DNA of 64,000 nucleotides from Tubiluchus corallicola (GCA_030141605.1 JAQGDQ010000115.1:186001-250000); one strand, 5' to 3'. Counted from the stretch's first letter, positions 13,001 through 26,528 are shown. Translations and numbers: made by a program. The notes: generated from the sequence alone by a model not told the origin.

Positions 13001-16000
13001 TTTATCTTCTCATTTACACCTGTATACAAATTAACTATTATGTTTTTTAGTTATTGATTAAAAAGGATAAATTAAGCATAAAGGAAAGAGTTAAGGGGGT
13101 GCAGGAGAAAGGGTAGCGAAAGACCAATTGGTCATCTAGTCAGCTACCCTTCTCAGGTTAGTGAAAATTGTGAAAAATTTGTGGTGCTGCTGTTAACATG
13201 AATTTATGGGGGGATACATTAAACATGAAAGTGAAATAACTAAGTAAGCTATGCAACAAAGAAATAAAATGAAAAATATGAAATGATGATTAACAAAATA
13301 TGTAAAGCATTTAACTAACCGAATAAAACAAAAAACTAGAAAAAGTCAAACCAAAAAAAAACATAAATAATAAATTAGTGAATGAAACAAAATATGTATA
13401 ATAAACTCAAACAAAGAAATGCAATCGTGTTAAATTAAGCGTAATGATAAAATGCTATGCAACGCAAGAACTAGTGCAGAACTAGCGACAGACTGTAATA
13501 GCAAACATATGGACAATCCGACTCCAAGTCAATGGGCACTAGCACCCATATCACTACTGAGGTGCTACTGCATGTGTTTTTGGAGCTAAACATAGACGAA
13601 AGGCTTCATCTAATCAGAGGCATAAGCCCTTTCTTTAAAGGAGATTATGTACATAGTTAAAAAACCTTGTTAATCTAGTTAGATGAAAAAATACCCTCTA
13701 GTGCAGCACTGCTTTATCATAGCTATTGTAGGCTTATATCTCAGGCATTGCAAGCAAAAGGCATGACAATTTCATAATTTAGGCAAATCGTACATTTTAA
13801 AAAGCATTTTCTTACACAGTTGCAGCACATGACTCTACATGCTGCCGCTTGATTCACACATCTTCAGGAATGTTCACACCCCATAGATTTTCAGCTATTA
13901 CTAAATTAAATACGTGTGTATTTTACAAACTTCAGCTTTATGCATGAAAAATCTTTGCCATACTTCAGTTCACATTTTTGGCACAACTATTATTCCATTT
14001 TACAGTGACATATGACATTTGATCTCTGACTCATCAATTTGTTCTGAACTAAAATAACAAAAAAATCAACAAAAAATGCTTCAACTTACAAAACGGATGT
14101 AGCCAATGAGTTCTCCATCAGTGAAAGAAGCTACGGCGGAACGCTGTTCTCTGAAACCTTGATAAGGTCCGTCCTGTATATCAGCACACGCCCATCGGGC
14201 ATTCTGCTCCTGTTTGTGTACAACCACCGACCGCCCCATAATGCTGGTGCCATCCCGCATGGGAAAATTATTGTCCACATACTCTTCTTCCAGCGATTTA
14301 AGATTGTTTAGCATCCCAAACTTTCCACTAATGTCACCTAAATGAAATCATCTTTAGTAGTTTATTGGCGTGATAAAGGAAAACATATCTGAAACAATTT
14401 TGAAGCACATTAAAAGGCATACATTTTAATACCTATAAGAATGCCAAAGCATTTCTAATAATTTCATAATAGGCTAAAAACTTAATTAATAGTGGGTGAG
14501 CCTAACTACTGATGACATCACAAGGGAAGATAATTTTCAACAGCATAAACATTCCACGAGCATATTGCATTTGCGAAATCAGAAATTGAAGTAAAGTGCT
14601 AGCGTACAACATTCAGCGTGACATACAAAAATTTGGCAAGTTTTACGTTTATAATTCAAATTTCAAGTTTACTGTTTTGCTTATACATGCGCTCTTGAAA
14701 GTGTGTACTATGCTGCAACTGAATACCTCTGAATAAAAAGATACAGCAACTGTTTTTTATGCATTGCGTTTCAGAGGATGCGGTCACCAGTGTCCATTTA
14801 ACTAGGAAGTGGCGAAATGCATGTACCAATGAAGAATTAACTGTGCAAATGCGAAATTACATTTCTGCGGCAATAATTCTTTTACGTATAACATTATTGA
14901 AAAATAATGTTCCTTTTTAATATTTTGTAGGGTAAATTATTTTGAGCTATAGCTTAAGACTGGGTACAGTTTTCCTTTAATGATTTTACTAATGCAAAGT
15001 AATCTAGATGAACAGGCCTGCCAAGGATAAGACCAGTAATTTGTTGCATTACACAAAAAATATTTTTTAATATAATTATAATACCTACAATTTAAAAATA
15101 ATCAGAAAGAAAATACTAATGAACTAAATAAAAATGCGGCAAACCTGAAAATGTCAAGCTCTAAACAACAACATACAAATACTGAGTAGTTTTGAAAACT
15201 TATTTTCTCAGATAAGCTAAAATATTACTACTGTTATCAATTAATCACAATTACACACATGAAATATAACATCATACATCATCTGAAGTTGTAAGAACAT
15301 GTAAAGTAAGGTACCAATTTCATAAAGATCATTTGTCCCGCTGCCAGGTGGTGGACTTTGTGTTACATTAACTTGCAAAGGATTCCAGTGACCGGCAACA
15401 GAATCCACAGAACACAAATCTTCTTTCCAGAAGTCTAGCGGCAACTCGTGAATGTGGTAACCACCTGCTAGGTTTTGTAAACCCATCAGGTCCACCTGCA
15501 ATTCACACTTTGGGACACATCAACAGGCAAGGTAATAAAAAAGCAAATGCTAAATGACTTAGACTAACAGGCAAAGCAGAATCATGTAAAAGAAACCATC
15601 AAAGCTTCCTCAGTGCGAACAATGAACAGTTTATAATAGCATGTGCCATTAAAGTAAAAGTGTATACAAATGGAAATCTAGCACAACATTTTTTCACACC
15701 CATCTAGCAACTCGTACATGTACTAACATAAGTCTGTATTTTTTCTTGGTATGCTAGTGGAAGATAATAATTTCCATAACTTTAGCACTCCACCAGTAAA
15801 AACAACAAAGGACAACACAAACAGAAAGAGAAATCAGCTATTACCCGAAGATTGCAAATGACGTATATAGTTAACATGGCTAAAAAAAATCATTGAGGCT
15901 AACCATGTTCGAACAGGGTTCCCACAGAATTTTAAAATAAATTTTCCTGACTTTTCCCTGACCAAATACTAATTTTCCATGACCAAGATAAGCAGAAATT

Positions 16001-19000
16001 GCATTACCAGTATACATATTTAAACATTTTTGTGCACCGACATTCACACATTTACTGATATATAATGTGTCAGCACAGTTGCAGTAGTGCTAATGAAATT
16101 ACACTAATCACATTAAATAAACTTTCTTAATCCAACAAAAATCGAAACTGGGAACCTGTCATAGCAAAATTTTATTTGAACACGACTCGCTTAAAAATAT
16201 GTTTGGAAAAATATCGATTCACGGTGATTATTTTTGCAACCCTTTCCAATTTCCCCGACTTTCGCCCCATTTTCATCATTTTCTGGACTTTTAATAAAAT
16301 TATCTTTTTCCCTGACTTTTCCGTGACATTCGAAGATAACCTGTATTTTCAAGGATTTTTCAGGATTTTCCCTGACCGTGGGAACCATGTTCGAATAGCA
16401 GAAGATCATGAACTATATTGAACTAAATCAGAAAACTTTAAATTTCAAATAGCTTAACCCAAGTACTGAGTTTATTTTTTATGCAAGGAATGTTTTTTAC
16501 AAGTTTCCTACAAAAGTAGTGCAGTTAAAGCCTTAGGCTCCTTCAAAAGCATCTTTTGATTATCGATAACATTTATTATGATCATATGGCACCATAGTTA
16601 ACTCTTCATCAGCTAATGAAAAGTTCTGACATTTGCCATAAAAGCAAAGTGACCTTCACAAGGAGAAAAGATGGGATTACAAGTGCTTTAACCAGGCTCA
16701 TTTCAGTAACTTAACATTACTTGAACAGCAAGTGTACCAGATTTCCTAATGGAGAAAACATCATAAAAATATAAGTGTTTTGGCACTAGAAATACCTCAT
16801 AGCAAATTGTGAGCAATTAATAAATTGAGGTACAAAATTTATTTTTTAATACCTACCTTAAGTGTGGAATCGTCAAACTGTGTTACTTGGGAAAACTCCA
16901 GCATGCCGTAAACGGGAGCCCCAATTCCAGCAAATTCCACGGAAGCCACAACTTCAGGCACAATGAGAACATCGGCACAGGACAACCGCGCACCGTCTCC
17001 GTTAGGCCCGTGCACGACAATAGAACGACTTGTCACCGAATTCGGTCCAGAAAGAGGCAACTGTAGATCAGTGAAAAAAGCCTTTCTTCTGACCCCAACT
17101 GGTGGAATACTGAGCGGTTCATGCTTTCCCACCAAGTCGCCGAGTTCGCATCGAAGCTGATTATCTGAACTGCACTCCGACATGTAATTTCCCTCCAGTT
17201 CAACAGCGTAGGGGTTGTAATGACCGAGGACAACCTTACACCGATCTGGCAAATCAGCATCAAAGTCACTGCCTACTCGATCAGTGTGGATGTGCCAGTC
17301 GTGACCTGCCGTATCTTCCTGTGTAGTGTGCATTAAATCAACATAAATGGTTGTTTCGTCCAGGGGATTATCCTTCGACTGCCGTAAAATAATCTCTCCC
17401 AGAATGGGATAGACGAACTGCGCTCTGACGGTGGTCACAGGTTCTGGGTAACTAATTCTAGCACAAACCCATCTTGTGTAGTCAGTCCTATGAATATCAA
17501 CGGTTCTTCCTATTATGCTATTCACACCAAATAGTTGCAGATTGAGATCTAGGAATTCTTTATTGAAAGTTGTCAGACCATCCAATGTCCCGTATTTACC
17601 ACTCAGATCACCCACTCGGTACTGGTCATTGGTTCCCATTCCTGGTTCGGGACTTAGCTCAATGTCGATCCCAAAAGGGTTCAGGTGGCTTCCTGTGTGT
17701 TCCCGTTCACATATTTTGTCCCCTGGCTCTTGTGCAGGAGTGAACGGGTACTGATGAATGTGGTACGTGCTCACGTCTGATAAACCAGTAAGATGAATGT
17801 GCACACTAGTTGGATTAAACGGCGACTGTTGAGAAAAAGTGAAGCTACCCTTTGCTCCATTTTGATTGAACTTTGCCGTTACCGTCCTTGGTTTCAGTTC
17901 AATGATGCTGGCGCAAGCAATGATTTCATTAGAATCATAGATGGCCAAAGAGTGACCAATGATGCTTTCTCTACCAGACAATGACAGGGTCTCATCTACA
18001 AAGAAAGTTTTGCTTGTTCCCTTAGTAACACCTGCAAAAAGGAATAAAATTGAGTAAATGATCTACAGCATAAAATGCAAGTAAAATTACATGACAAGTG
18101 ACTTCTAAATAGCAAACATTACAACTCTAGCAATGCACACTGGTTTAGCAAACATTATCTATGCATACATACCAACTCTCAAATTGTCACTGCTAAAAAA
18201 AGCTTGAAAAACAGAGCCTAAATCCTCGCACCGACGATCAATCGTAGCTCTCTTCGTTAAATCTGCTGCTACTTGGTTCATTCTAATGTCCCACCTGTTC
18301 GAGCTGCTCGGTTTATTAGCTGCCAGGTAAAACAGATCAGAATAAACAGTAACCGCCGAGTCATCCTTGGCTTGTAGGAAGTAAACCGTTCCACCGACTA
18401 TTTGCGGGAATGAGGCTTTTGCAATTTTTGTTAAAAAAGCAGTTTTTGTTCCAGATGGATAAAGTACCGTAGCACAAGCAGATTTTTTCAGAGCTTCATT
18501 GCGAAGCAAAAGTGAACGACCAAAAATGCTATTTGGACCCGTCAAAGAGATTTCCTCGTCTGTGTAATGGGTAATGCGACCGTGTCTTTGAGATAAATCT
18601 CCAATATCTGGAAGCCTAAAAAGTAATTTTGATAAAAATAAACTAGTGATCTGCACAAAATTCTTGGCTGATTGTTAGTATTGGTATTACAGGTATGCTC
18701 AAAAGACAAAGACAAAATTTATTTACTGTCACTCATTTAACAGACAACATTAGCACTAATGGCTATTTAGTGACATACAACAATACATGTAAGGCGCAAC
18801 ACACAAATAACGAATAACATGTAGGTTATATGTCGTGGCATTAGCACCGCTAGTATCAAACTCGGGACTGCGTGGCTGCAGTCCGAAATCTAAACCACTC
18901 ATCGACACAACCCAGGACGAATAAACATGTGGAGCAGATAAAAAGATGAAAAGAAGAAAGAAAAATACATTGGCTGTTACGTACACTCCACCTATTTTAG

Positions 19001-20725
19001 AAATTTCACAAGGAGATGCGGAATCCAGATCCACAGGAAACTCGTGCAGTGACCAGTCAAATTCCTCCAAACCTAAGCCATCCAGATCTTCCTAAATGTA
19101 CCAAAATGCTAATGAAATACAGATGGCTTCGTAAAGCATTACAAATTGCAAGCACAGAAATTAACCTGTGCGTGATGCTTTGTTTTTATCAAGCAAAGCA
19201 CTGGCTGCAGTTTAGCTGTTAGGTGAACGAGAACTGAATAGAGAACATGTATCAGTATAGTTATCTAGGTTTATTTAAAGTCAGAACTGTAGAAAGTTTT
19301 ATTTTATGCACTGCAGAACTATCAAGACAGCTGAAAGGAAGACAGGATGATTTTTCATATACTACCCCATTTTCGTCTCCAATAAGATGTATACATTTTA
19401 ACACAATTAATACAGCAAAAGCATTTATGATAACTAAATAATAGATTAAAATCTTAATTAACGGCGGGTGAGCCCAATTACTGATGACATCAAAAACTAA
19501 CATAATTTTCATCAACAAAGCATCTTGCATGTGTTTGTGAAAGTAAAAATTGAAGTACAGTGCTACTGTGAGATATTCAGTGTGTTGTACTAAAACTAGG
19601 CAAGTTTTAAGATAAAAATTCACATTTCAAATTTATCGCTGTGGTCATGCATGAGCTATTGAACTTGTGTAGTTCGTCAGAAACGAACACATCTGAACCG
19701 AGATGTGCAGCACCTGTTTTTCGCGCAATGTACTTTCGGCATGCAGGCGCTAGAGCCCGTCTAACTAGCGAATGGCGGGATGCATGTAGCAGCAAAAAAC
19801 TAGCGGCGAGAACAAGAAATTGTTTGTGTGGTAATAATTCTTTCACATAAGTCTTTTTGGAAAAAATAGTATGTTTCCTTTCAATATTTTAAAGAGTAGA
19901 TTATTTTGACCTACAGTTTAAGATTGAGTCCGGTTTTGCTTTTACATTCCGTAGGATGGAATCAAACAAATTATAACGGATAAGCTTGCAAGTTTAAAAG
20001 TTTACTGTCATATAAAATATAGAAGTACAAACCAAAATATTATTTACAAGTACACTAAAATAAAGTATAGCATGTAAAGCAAAAGTGTTAAAAAAACATT
20101 AAGCCTACAGTTTGGGCATATTTTTTCGTCTACATCACAGCATATTTTTATAACGCGAAGATGTTGAAGTCCACAGACTTATTTAGTCGTTTATGTTGCA
20201 TTGAATAAAGTCGACATATTTATCTTTTGTTAGTTGACTGATAAAAACGCTAATGAGCAGCCTGGCTAAAATGCATTATTTACAAGTATTAATATACAAA
20301 CTAAAATGATAAAAATAAAAAGCATATACAGCATTTTACAATATAATACAATAATCAAGCTACAATCTCCCTCTCTTAAAGAAAGAAATAGCCAGAGGCA
20401 GCATGGCGAATGAAATTACCAAGAAAGAGTATTGAACATAGAGATTGCCCATCCATACACTGAAAAAACTGCTTAGCTTCAAAAGCCAAATACTAATAGC
20501 AAACCATTTAGCTATTAAATACTAGTTATTATTAAATGTATCTATGAATACGTCCAGTATAACTGAAACATATACTGTCAGCTTATGCAACATCTGTAAA
20601 ACATACCGTAATCTTTGTTGGTGCATTAGGCTTGGTTTGCTCAAATGTAACAAAACCTTTGATGCCGTTCATGCTAAACTGAGCGACTAGGTTTACTCCA
20701 AGTTGCTGTCCACAGACACTGGTCA
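7092..20725 (-). CDS. Copper-only SOD repeat protein (CSRP/Rsod-like), six tandem Cu/Zn-SOD-fold domains with a C-terminal GPI-type signal; start codon exon not resolved
   Basis: Exons: 20607-20725, 18985-19091, 18173-18615, 16857-18031, 15315-15495, 14090-14337, 12802-12891, 12400-12516, 10971-11115, 10741-10861, 10028-10155, 9028-9126, 7092-7162; all GT-AG and phase-consistent. Repeated motifs HxH, C..GxH(Y/W/L)NP, (E)xGDLSGK and GRSxVxH...R.xCA. The protein ends in a hydrophobic tail, GGNGALWVTLLGLSATFIGHIFLQ*. Confidence 0.9.
11236..12097. mobile_element. Tc1/mariner (pogo/Tigger-like) MITE, copy A
   Basis: Degenerate TIRs with ggatttattaagcgg motifs ending ...ctgta; homologous in inverted orientation to 32078-33010 (tggtgcaaagctaaatggatttattaag). 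Confidence 0.7.
12632..12705 (-). mobile_element. Degenerate tRNA-derived SINE head
   Basis: Minus strand shows A-box-like tgtccaagtg and B-box-like ggtttgaatgc at tRNA-like spacing, but no complete cloverleaf. Confidence 0.4.
14410..14980. mobile_element. Kolobok-like non-autonomous DNA element (copy 2)
   Basis: Ends ttaaaagg...cctttaa (TTAA-flanked AGG..CCT); internal similarity to the copies near 730-1075 and 19450-19945. Confidence 0.6.
15914..16389. mobile_element. Non-autonomous hAT-like MITE
   Basis: TIRs cagggttcccac / gtgggaaccatg; many subterminal ttttcc(c)tgac repeats; flanking direct repeat aaccatgttcgaa at 15901-15913 and 16383-16395. Confidence 0.8.
18845..18920 (-). mobile_element. 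Degenerate tRNA-derived SINE head
   Basis: Minus strand reads gatgagtggtttagatttcggactgcagccacgcagtcccgagtttgatact, a tRNA-like A-box/B-box arrangement in a GC-rich patch of an AT-rich intron. Confidence 0.4.
19450..19945. mobile_element. Kolobok-like non-autonomous DNA element (copy 3)
   Basis: gggtgagcc.aa.tactgatgacatca and downstream blocks are shared with 14490-14960. Confidence 0.6.
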
Positions 20726-20927
20726 CTGAAATAATTGAAAATGTAGCACTAAACAGAATTGAGGCAATCTTTTTAAATACAGAGGAGAAAAAGAAAACAG
20801 AGGAGAAAAGAACAGAGAATATGAATAAGCAGCTAAAAGACAGCAAAAATAATGGAGTGACACCTAGAGGGTATTAAAAATAAAAAAAGGTTAAATGAAT
20901 AAGCAAACCAGTTATAAGCTAATTAGA

Positions 20928-21658
20928 CAGCTTGCTCAAATTGGGCTCCGCGTCAAGAGGGGGCCCCAAGCACATGCTCGAGCAGAAGATGCTATGATGA
21001 AATAATGAGTGTCCAGCATGCACAAAGTTTCTTCGACTGTGAACGCATTCTTGTATATCTATGTTTCAATGTTTTTTGCTGATTGTTTATTTATTTGTTT
21101 TGTAGTTTCAGTTTTTTGTCATCACTTACCTACTTTTTTCAAAAAAAGTAACTGGTGAGCCATATATGTGCATCACTTAGATCGTCGTTGGATTTTAATT
21201 TTTACTAATTTATGGACAATAATCAAACCCTCAAACACAGAGTAAAACAAACCCACGGTCAACAATTTCACAAGAGAGACTAAATAATATGGCAACGCTA
21301 TCTATAGAAAATGACATTACAAAAACCATTGACTTTGATTTGATTTTGAAAGGTTTCTCCGATAAGAAAGCCAGAAAAGTCTGTTTTAAAAGGCTTATGC
21401 ACAAACAGTGTCAGTAATTATCTTCACTTGTAATAAAACATTAAAACTTTCAAATGGGCTTTTAGTATTTTTTTTAGTATGGGCTTCAAATTTTTAGTAT
21501 AGCATTGTGGCTGATGGTGACGCTCAAGCTCTCAACACATCTTGGATTGAATTGGCATACTGCACGAAGCATAAAAAATCAATCTTCATTCTTGTAGGCT
21601 AGAGGGCCCAATTAACAATTTCCTAGTTGGGCCCCGTACTTAGTAGTGCCCAGCCCTG
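20928..21658 (+). mobile_element. Internally deleted hAT (Tip100/ZMYM1-like) element carrying a remnant of the transposase C-terminal dimerisation domain
   Basis: About 21256-21415 translates RSTISQERLNNMATLSIENDITKTIDFDLILKGFSDKKARK, a typical hAT dimerisation tail; gggcccc subterminal motifs; 3' end ...cagccctg. Confidence 0.8.
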
Positions 21659-23599
21659 TGAACAAACAGAAACTAAACAAGTGAATAAAGGAAGAAATGA
21701 GTAGATTAAAGAAACAGAATAATTAATTCAATTCAAGAATAATTAAAATAATACCACCCAGTTTACTGTGAATGGAGTAGCACAGATGAGTGGCCAGTCA
21801 AAGGGATTTCTTTTTATTGAATAAAGAGATAATCAGCATGATTAAATAAGCCATTAAACATCACAAGATAACTCACTAAATAAATAAATAAACAAGTTAA
21901 CAAGTTATTCAATAAATGAGTGAAAAAACAGACAAAAAATAGTGAAGCAAGTAGAAAAATAAACGAGCATTTGTTTCTTTGTTTCAGAAATATGAGAAGA
22001 CTAAATAAGTAATTATCAATAATGCGAATGTGTACAAATCAACTAACACAAGATTAAAAGAACAGAACAGAGAAACTGTGTCAGATATTGCAATGAAAAT
22101 GATGTGACCTGCAGTCTAGTTTACAGTGAAAATGACGGATACATAGAGCATTTGTTGTAAATGTTAACAATAGTGACACAAAGTTTTTACCGGCATTTAT
22201 TTTTTTAACTTGTTGTTTTAAAACTTCTGTGACTTTGGAAAAATGTAAAGGAATTATTTAAAACTTCTCTTGTTTATATAAAAGCGCTTGTAACATCAGT
22301 GCGACATTTATCAATTAATTCTGTTATTTTCTCGCGCTACCTGATATATAACAAGAGTGTGTTAGTGCACTTAAATAAAAGAAGCATCAATACATAATAA
22401 TAATATACCAAGGGAAATTAACGTAATGGTGCAATACCAAATGACCACTTTTAAGCTATTTGTTCATCGTTATATAAAGCATTAGCAAAACACATTTGCA
22501 CAAAATAATGCAGGCGTGTAACTACTATAACGAGTGTTTCAACAATTTTGTTTTGCAAATGCTCAATTGATGACCATTATTATACAGTGTACACAAACAT
22601 ATATTGACATAGACTCTGTAATGACCTGCCAAAATAGGATAACATGCGTGTAGTAAGTTTTCAGTGTCAACCATATAGCTTACAGCGTACAGCAATTTAT
22701 AGTAATCTTTCTGACTGGAATGTGAGCATTAAGTGGCACAGATACCAGGTCAACCAGAACTAATTTGCAAACACAAAAATTACATATTTATCTCTTCTCT
22801 TTTTACTGAAAAAATATTATGGTCACTGATTTGAGATATAAACTTGCACAGTTCTTGAAAAAATAAAGTATATGCATATACAAATCTTGAAAACTGCTCA
22901 CACTATAAACTGCGTAACCTGTAATAAAGGCTTGTTCTGAAACTGTCATTTTTCAGTTTACATGCTTAAAACATAGATGTGTTTTTGTCTAGCACACAGT
23001 TCATTCTTAGATGGAGTAGAACCAATGATTAGGTCTATGCCTTTAAACACATACAATGTTAAAAATACCATATACAGAAACTGGTAAGAAGTGCAAAAAC
23101 TATCTTTCATGTTCATCTGGGATATTCAACCTCCATATGATGTGTTTTGTACAGTAAAGGATGATGTTTTACAGGTTTGGTTCTTAATAAGTACTAACAA
23201 TACTTGTCTACAGTGGGAGTGTTTTCTTTACGAGTAAATTCACGTTCAACTATATATTTGTAATTTTTATGCATGAGCTCAGTATGACTGATGTAGCAAA
23301 TATTGGGAGAAAGCATCGCTTTTCTTAGAACACTAATCTGATGCGAAAAAATAACAAATGAAAAAACGATGCTGCATTTTGAAAAATTTTCAAAAAAAAT
23401 CTCAAATTAATGTAAAAGTATTCCACTTTCATACCTAACAATATGCCAGTGATAACAATATGTACAATTCCATGCATTTTGCCTGTACAGTTGCACTTCA
23501 GTAGTGGAATGCTATTAATAATTTGTGACCCTTCTTTGATTCGCCTCTTCAACTTGCCAGTATTAGAGCTACTCCAATGATTCTGAAAAACAGGTTTTA

Positions 23600-23997
23600 T
23601 TCAATAAAGAAAATATCCGTTTCATAAACGACTTACTATACACAATATTTTATTAACTTTTTATTAATGAAACACCAGTAAGAATCACCTTAAAGGAAGC
23701 CTTAAAACCTCGCAAAAAATACCTAATAAACCAGAAGCAACATGGATAGCTAAGATAAATAAAGATGTTCAGTAACTTCAACCAAATCTAGCTTTGGGCG
23801 CAGAACTTATGCTGTTAGCTGCAGATCTATAGTAGGGCGAATCTAAGAAATGTTAACGCCACAATGTCTGCATCAGACAGAATGAGACTTTATTATTATA
23901 CACAACGAATTATTAGGTTAACTTTTTATTAGAGAAAATAAGTTAATAAAAATATCATATAGTTGTTGTTTATGAAATGGCTTATTCAGTCTTTATT
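23600..23997. mobile_element. Degenerate MITE-like inverted-repeat element
   Basis: Imperfect inverted arms of about 70 bp (tttcataaacgac...atatttttattaactt versus aagttaataaaaatat...gttgtttatgaaa). Confidence 0.55.
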
Positions 23998-24497
23998 CTT
24001 TCACTTGACCAGAAGAAGCTAAGCAATTAATCAGACATGAAAACTAATAATCTGCAAGAATGGATGAACTTTGGTAAAGAAATGGATGACCTTAAGTGTG
24101 TAGTTGAATTTAAATGAAAGTTTGCTCAAAAATCTTATGCTCCCTCTCCTTACTTCTTAAAGTTTGAACTCAGGGCTTGGGGATTTATTATTTAGTTCTG
24201 TTAATCTAGAATAGGGAAGTTTTAGAGCTGCAAGTGAAACTTTGACAAACTTTTAAAAATGCGGTCTAAAATTTGCTAAGCTCAAGTACTACATTATTTA
24301 TTTTGGCAGAAAGATCTGTTCAGACAAAATGGAATATAAAAACATTTACAAATTACATGTATGTTGAACATATGAAGAATATGACAGACTTTCTTTTTGC
24401 TCCAAGACCAACGCTGAGCTCAGACAAAACAGCAAAATTGTTTGTTGGTCTCACTACGTTAAATTTTTGAGAAACTAGAAAACAATGAAAACATTAG

Positions 24498-24584
24498 GAC
24501 TGAACTCTAATATTTCATAACTGCTATTCTTGGCCTATTCTAACCTTACAAGCCACAGAATAGCAGTTATGAAATATTACAGTC
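24498..24584. other. Hairpin with a perfect 23-bp stem
   Basis: taatatttcataactgctattct (24508-24530) is the exact reverse complement of 24557-24579; extra pairing tggc/gcca inside and gactg/cagtc outside. Confidence 0.85.
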
Positions 24585-26528
24585 TTAATTGCCCTAACAT
24601 ACTAATGGTAGCTTATCACTGTACCATATCATTATAATTATGAAATTTATGTTGATACTGTTAGCCTCCCCCTATTAGTATCAGAATGGGCAAGCAAAAG
24701 CTTGGTAGGCCTCTTCACACAGTTATTCAAAAATCTTCTCTTCGTAACATGAAAATCTTCTGCTGATCCAGCTTAATTTTCCTCACATTATCCTTGAGGG
24801 ATTGCTTTTCCCAGAAGCTTTGTGTGTGTTCCGTATTATTTTCCTTTTAATACTTTTTCCCTTTTGTCTTTTCTTTTGGAGAATAACTATGTTGTGGTCA
24901 CAGTCAGTGTTACATTTGTCCTATCACACCAACCAACACCCAGTAAAGTTATTACTGGCAATTAATGGATATTTTGCTCCAGTTTCTACCAGGCAACAGT
25001 AAAAAATATAATATTAATAATATAATTATAACATACGACTCAAAAGCTCAATAATTAGTCTGTATGTACATTGTTCAATTTGGCATTTTCATAAATGACT
25101 TTATAGCTTTCATTTTTACAGTTAATCTCCTTGCAGTTCTCTACGTAAAGTTTTGAAATAATTTAAACCCAAAATGAAAGAAATGACTTTCAAATTACAA
25201 AAAGCACTAAATATACTAGAAAAAAGATTACTGACCGATTTCAAAAAGCATAATTCATTTGCACTTTCTGAATCTTACCAACGCTATTCGTTGCGGGTTT
25301 TTAAACTTCTAAAGACCAAAACATTCACAGAAACTACGACTGCGATGGAGTGTGACCACGCTCACACTATGGCACAGAAAAACAAGACAAGCAGTCCAGC
25401 GAAATACAGTACCGATACTAGGCGACTACCCAGTAGCCTAGGCCTTTGGCCTAGTCCTGAACCGTCTGTATGAATTACGTACAAAACGAAGATTTCTTGT
25501 CTTGTACTACTTCACGTGCATGTTTTTTGGCTAGTTTTTGGTATTTTTATTATTTATTTTGTAAATTATTATTGCTGTTTGTGCACTGGTTTTATTTTGT
25601 AAAATAAAAAGTGGAGCAAAAATCCTCTAACATTTATTTCTTGGTTATTATTATTCTATTTTTATTCTAATTAATTTACTCATACTTACTGATTTTGTAC
25701 AATGTATATGATCTTATATTACCTAAAAAGTAAAAAAAAAACATTGTTAATATTAATTAATGTGGTCAACTGTTGGACCATTTGTAATCTTAACTCGTCA
25801 CGTTATAACTCGTTATTATTGTTTGCTTGATTTGACTCGATCTCAATTTTTGTATGAACATCAGCAGCTAAAGCAAGAGCATTCCAGTGCACCTGATAAG
25901 TGTATACTCGTGAGTCACGCAAATTGATCGTGCTTATGATTTTTTTCCAGTTTGAAGGGTGTGCCCTTGAAAGAGGCTGCCTACTTGCATTTCTTAGATT
26001 TGCAGACTGATTTTGCTATGCCTATTGGAGTATTGATGTGAATAGGTTTTGGCATGTTGTTCAACTCAATATCTGTAGGTTTTTTACGACCTTAATATCG
26101 TATGAAATCTACTTGACTCTCATCTTGTAATAAAACATACACAATGGGCCAATTAAGGGCTATAACATTATTGTATAACTGCACATGCCCTGATGACTGT
26201 TTGATGTGTATTATTCAGTTAATGTATGCACAAAATGTTATCTTATATGTTTGGCTTTTTTGTCAGTTACAGTACTTCACCAATTATTCTTGAAACTGCT
26301 TTATGTTCACGATACCTTTGAGTTAAATGTCAGACAGGCATCTGTTTTTCTGAAATCTCAGAAATCAAATTACAGTCAAACCTATTTATACTGCCAGCTC
26401 TGGGATGGGAAAAAGTTGGCATTATAACGTGGTGTGTTAAATTTTGTTGTAGACGAAACACAAAAAACTCAGATAAGTGTGCACAATAATACCACAGCTA
26501 TGAATCCTTTACTATTGTGATTGTACGA

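Noticed and set aside
16963-17984. Plus-strand ORFs overlapping the large CSRP exon
   Set aside because: These are antisense shadows of a GC-richer coding exon.
12632-18920. tRNA genes near 12670 and 18880
   Set aside because: The A/B boxes are degenerate and there is no acceptor stem or cloverleaf; better read as SINE heads.
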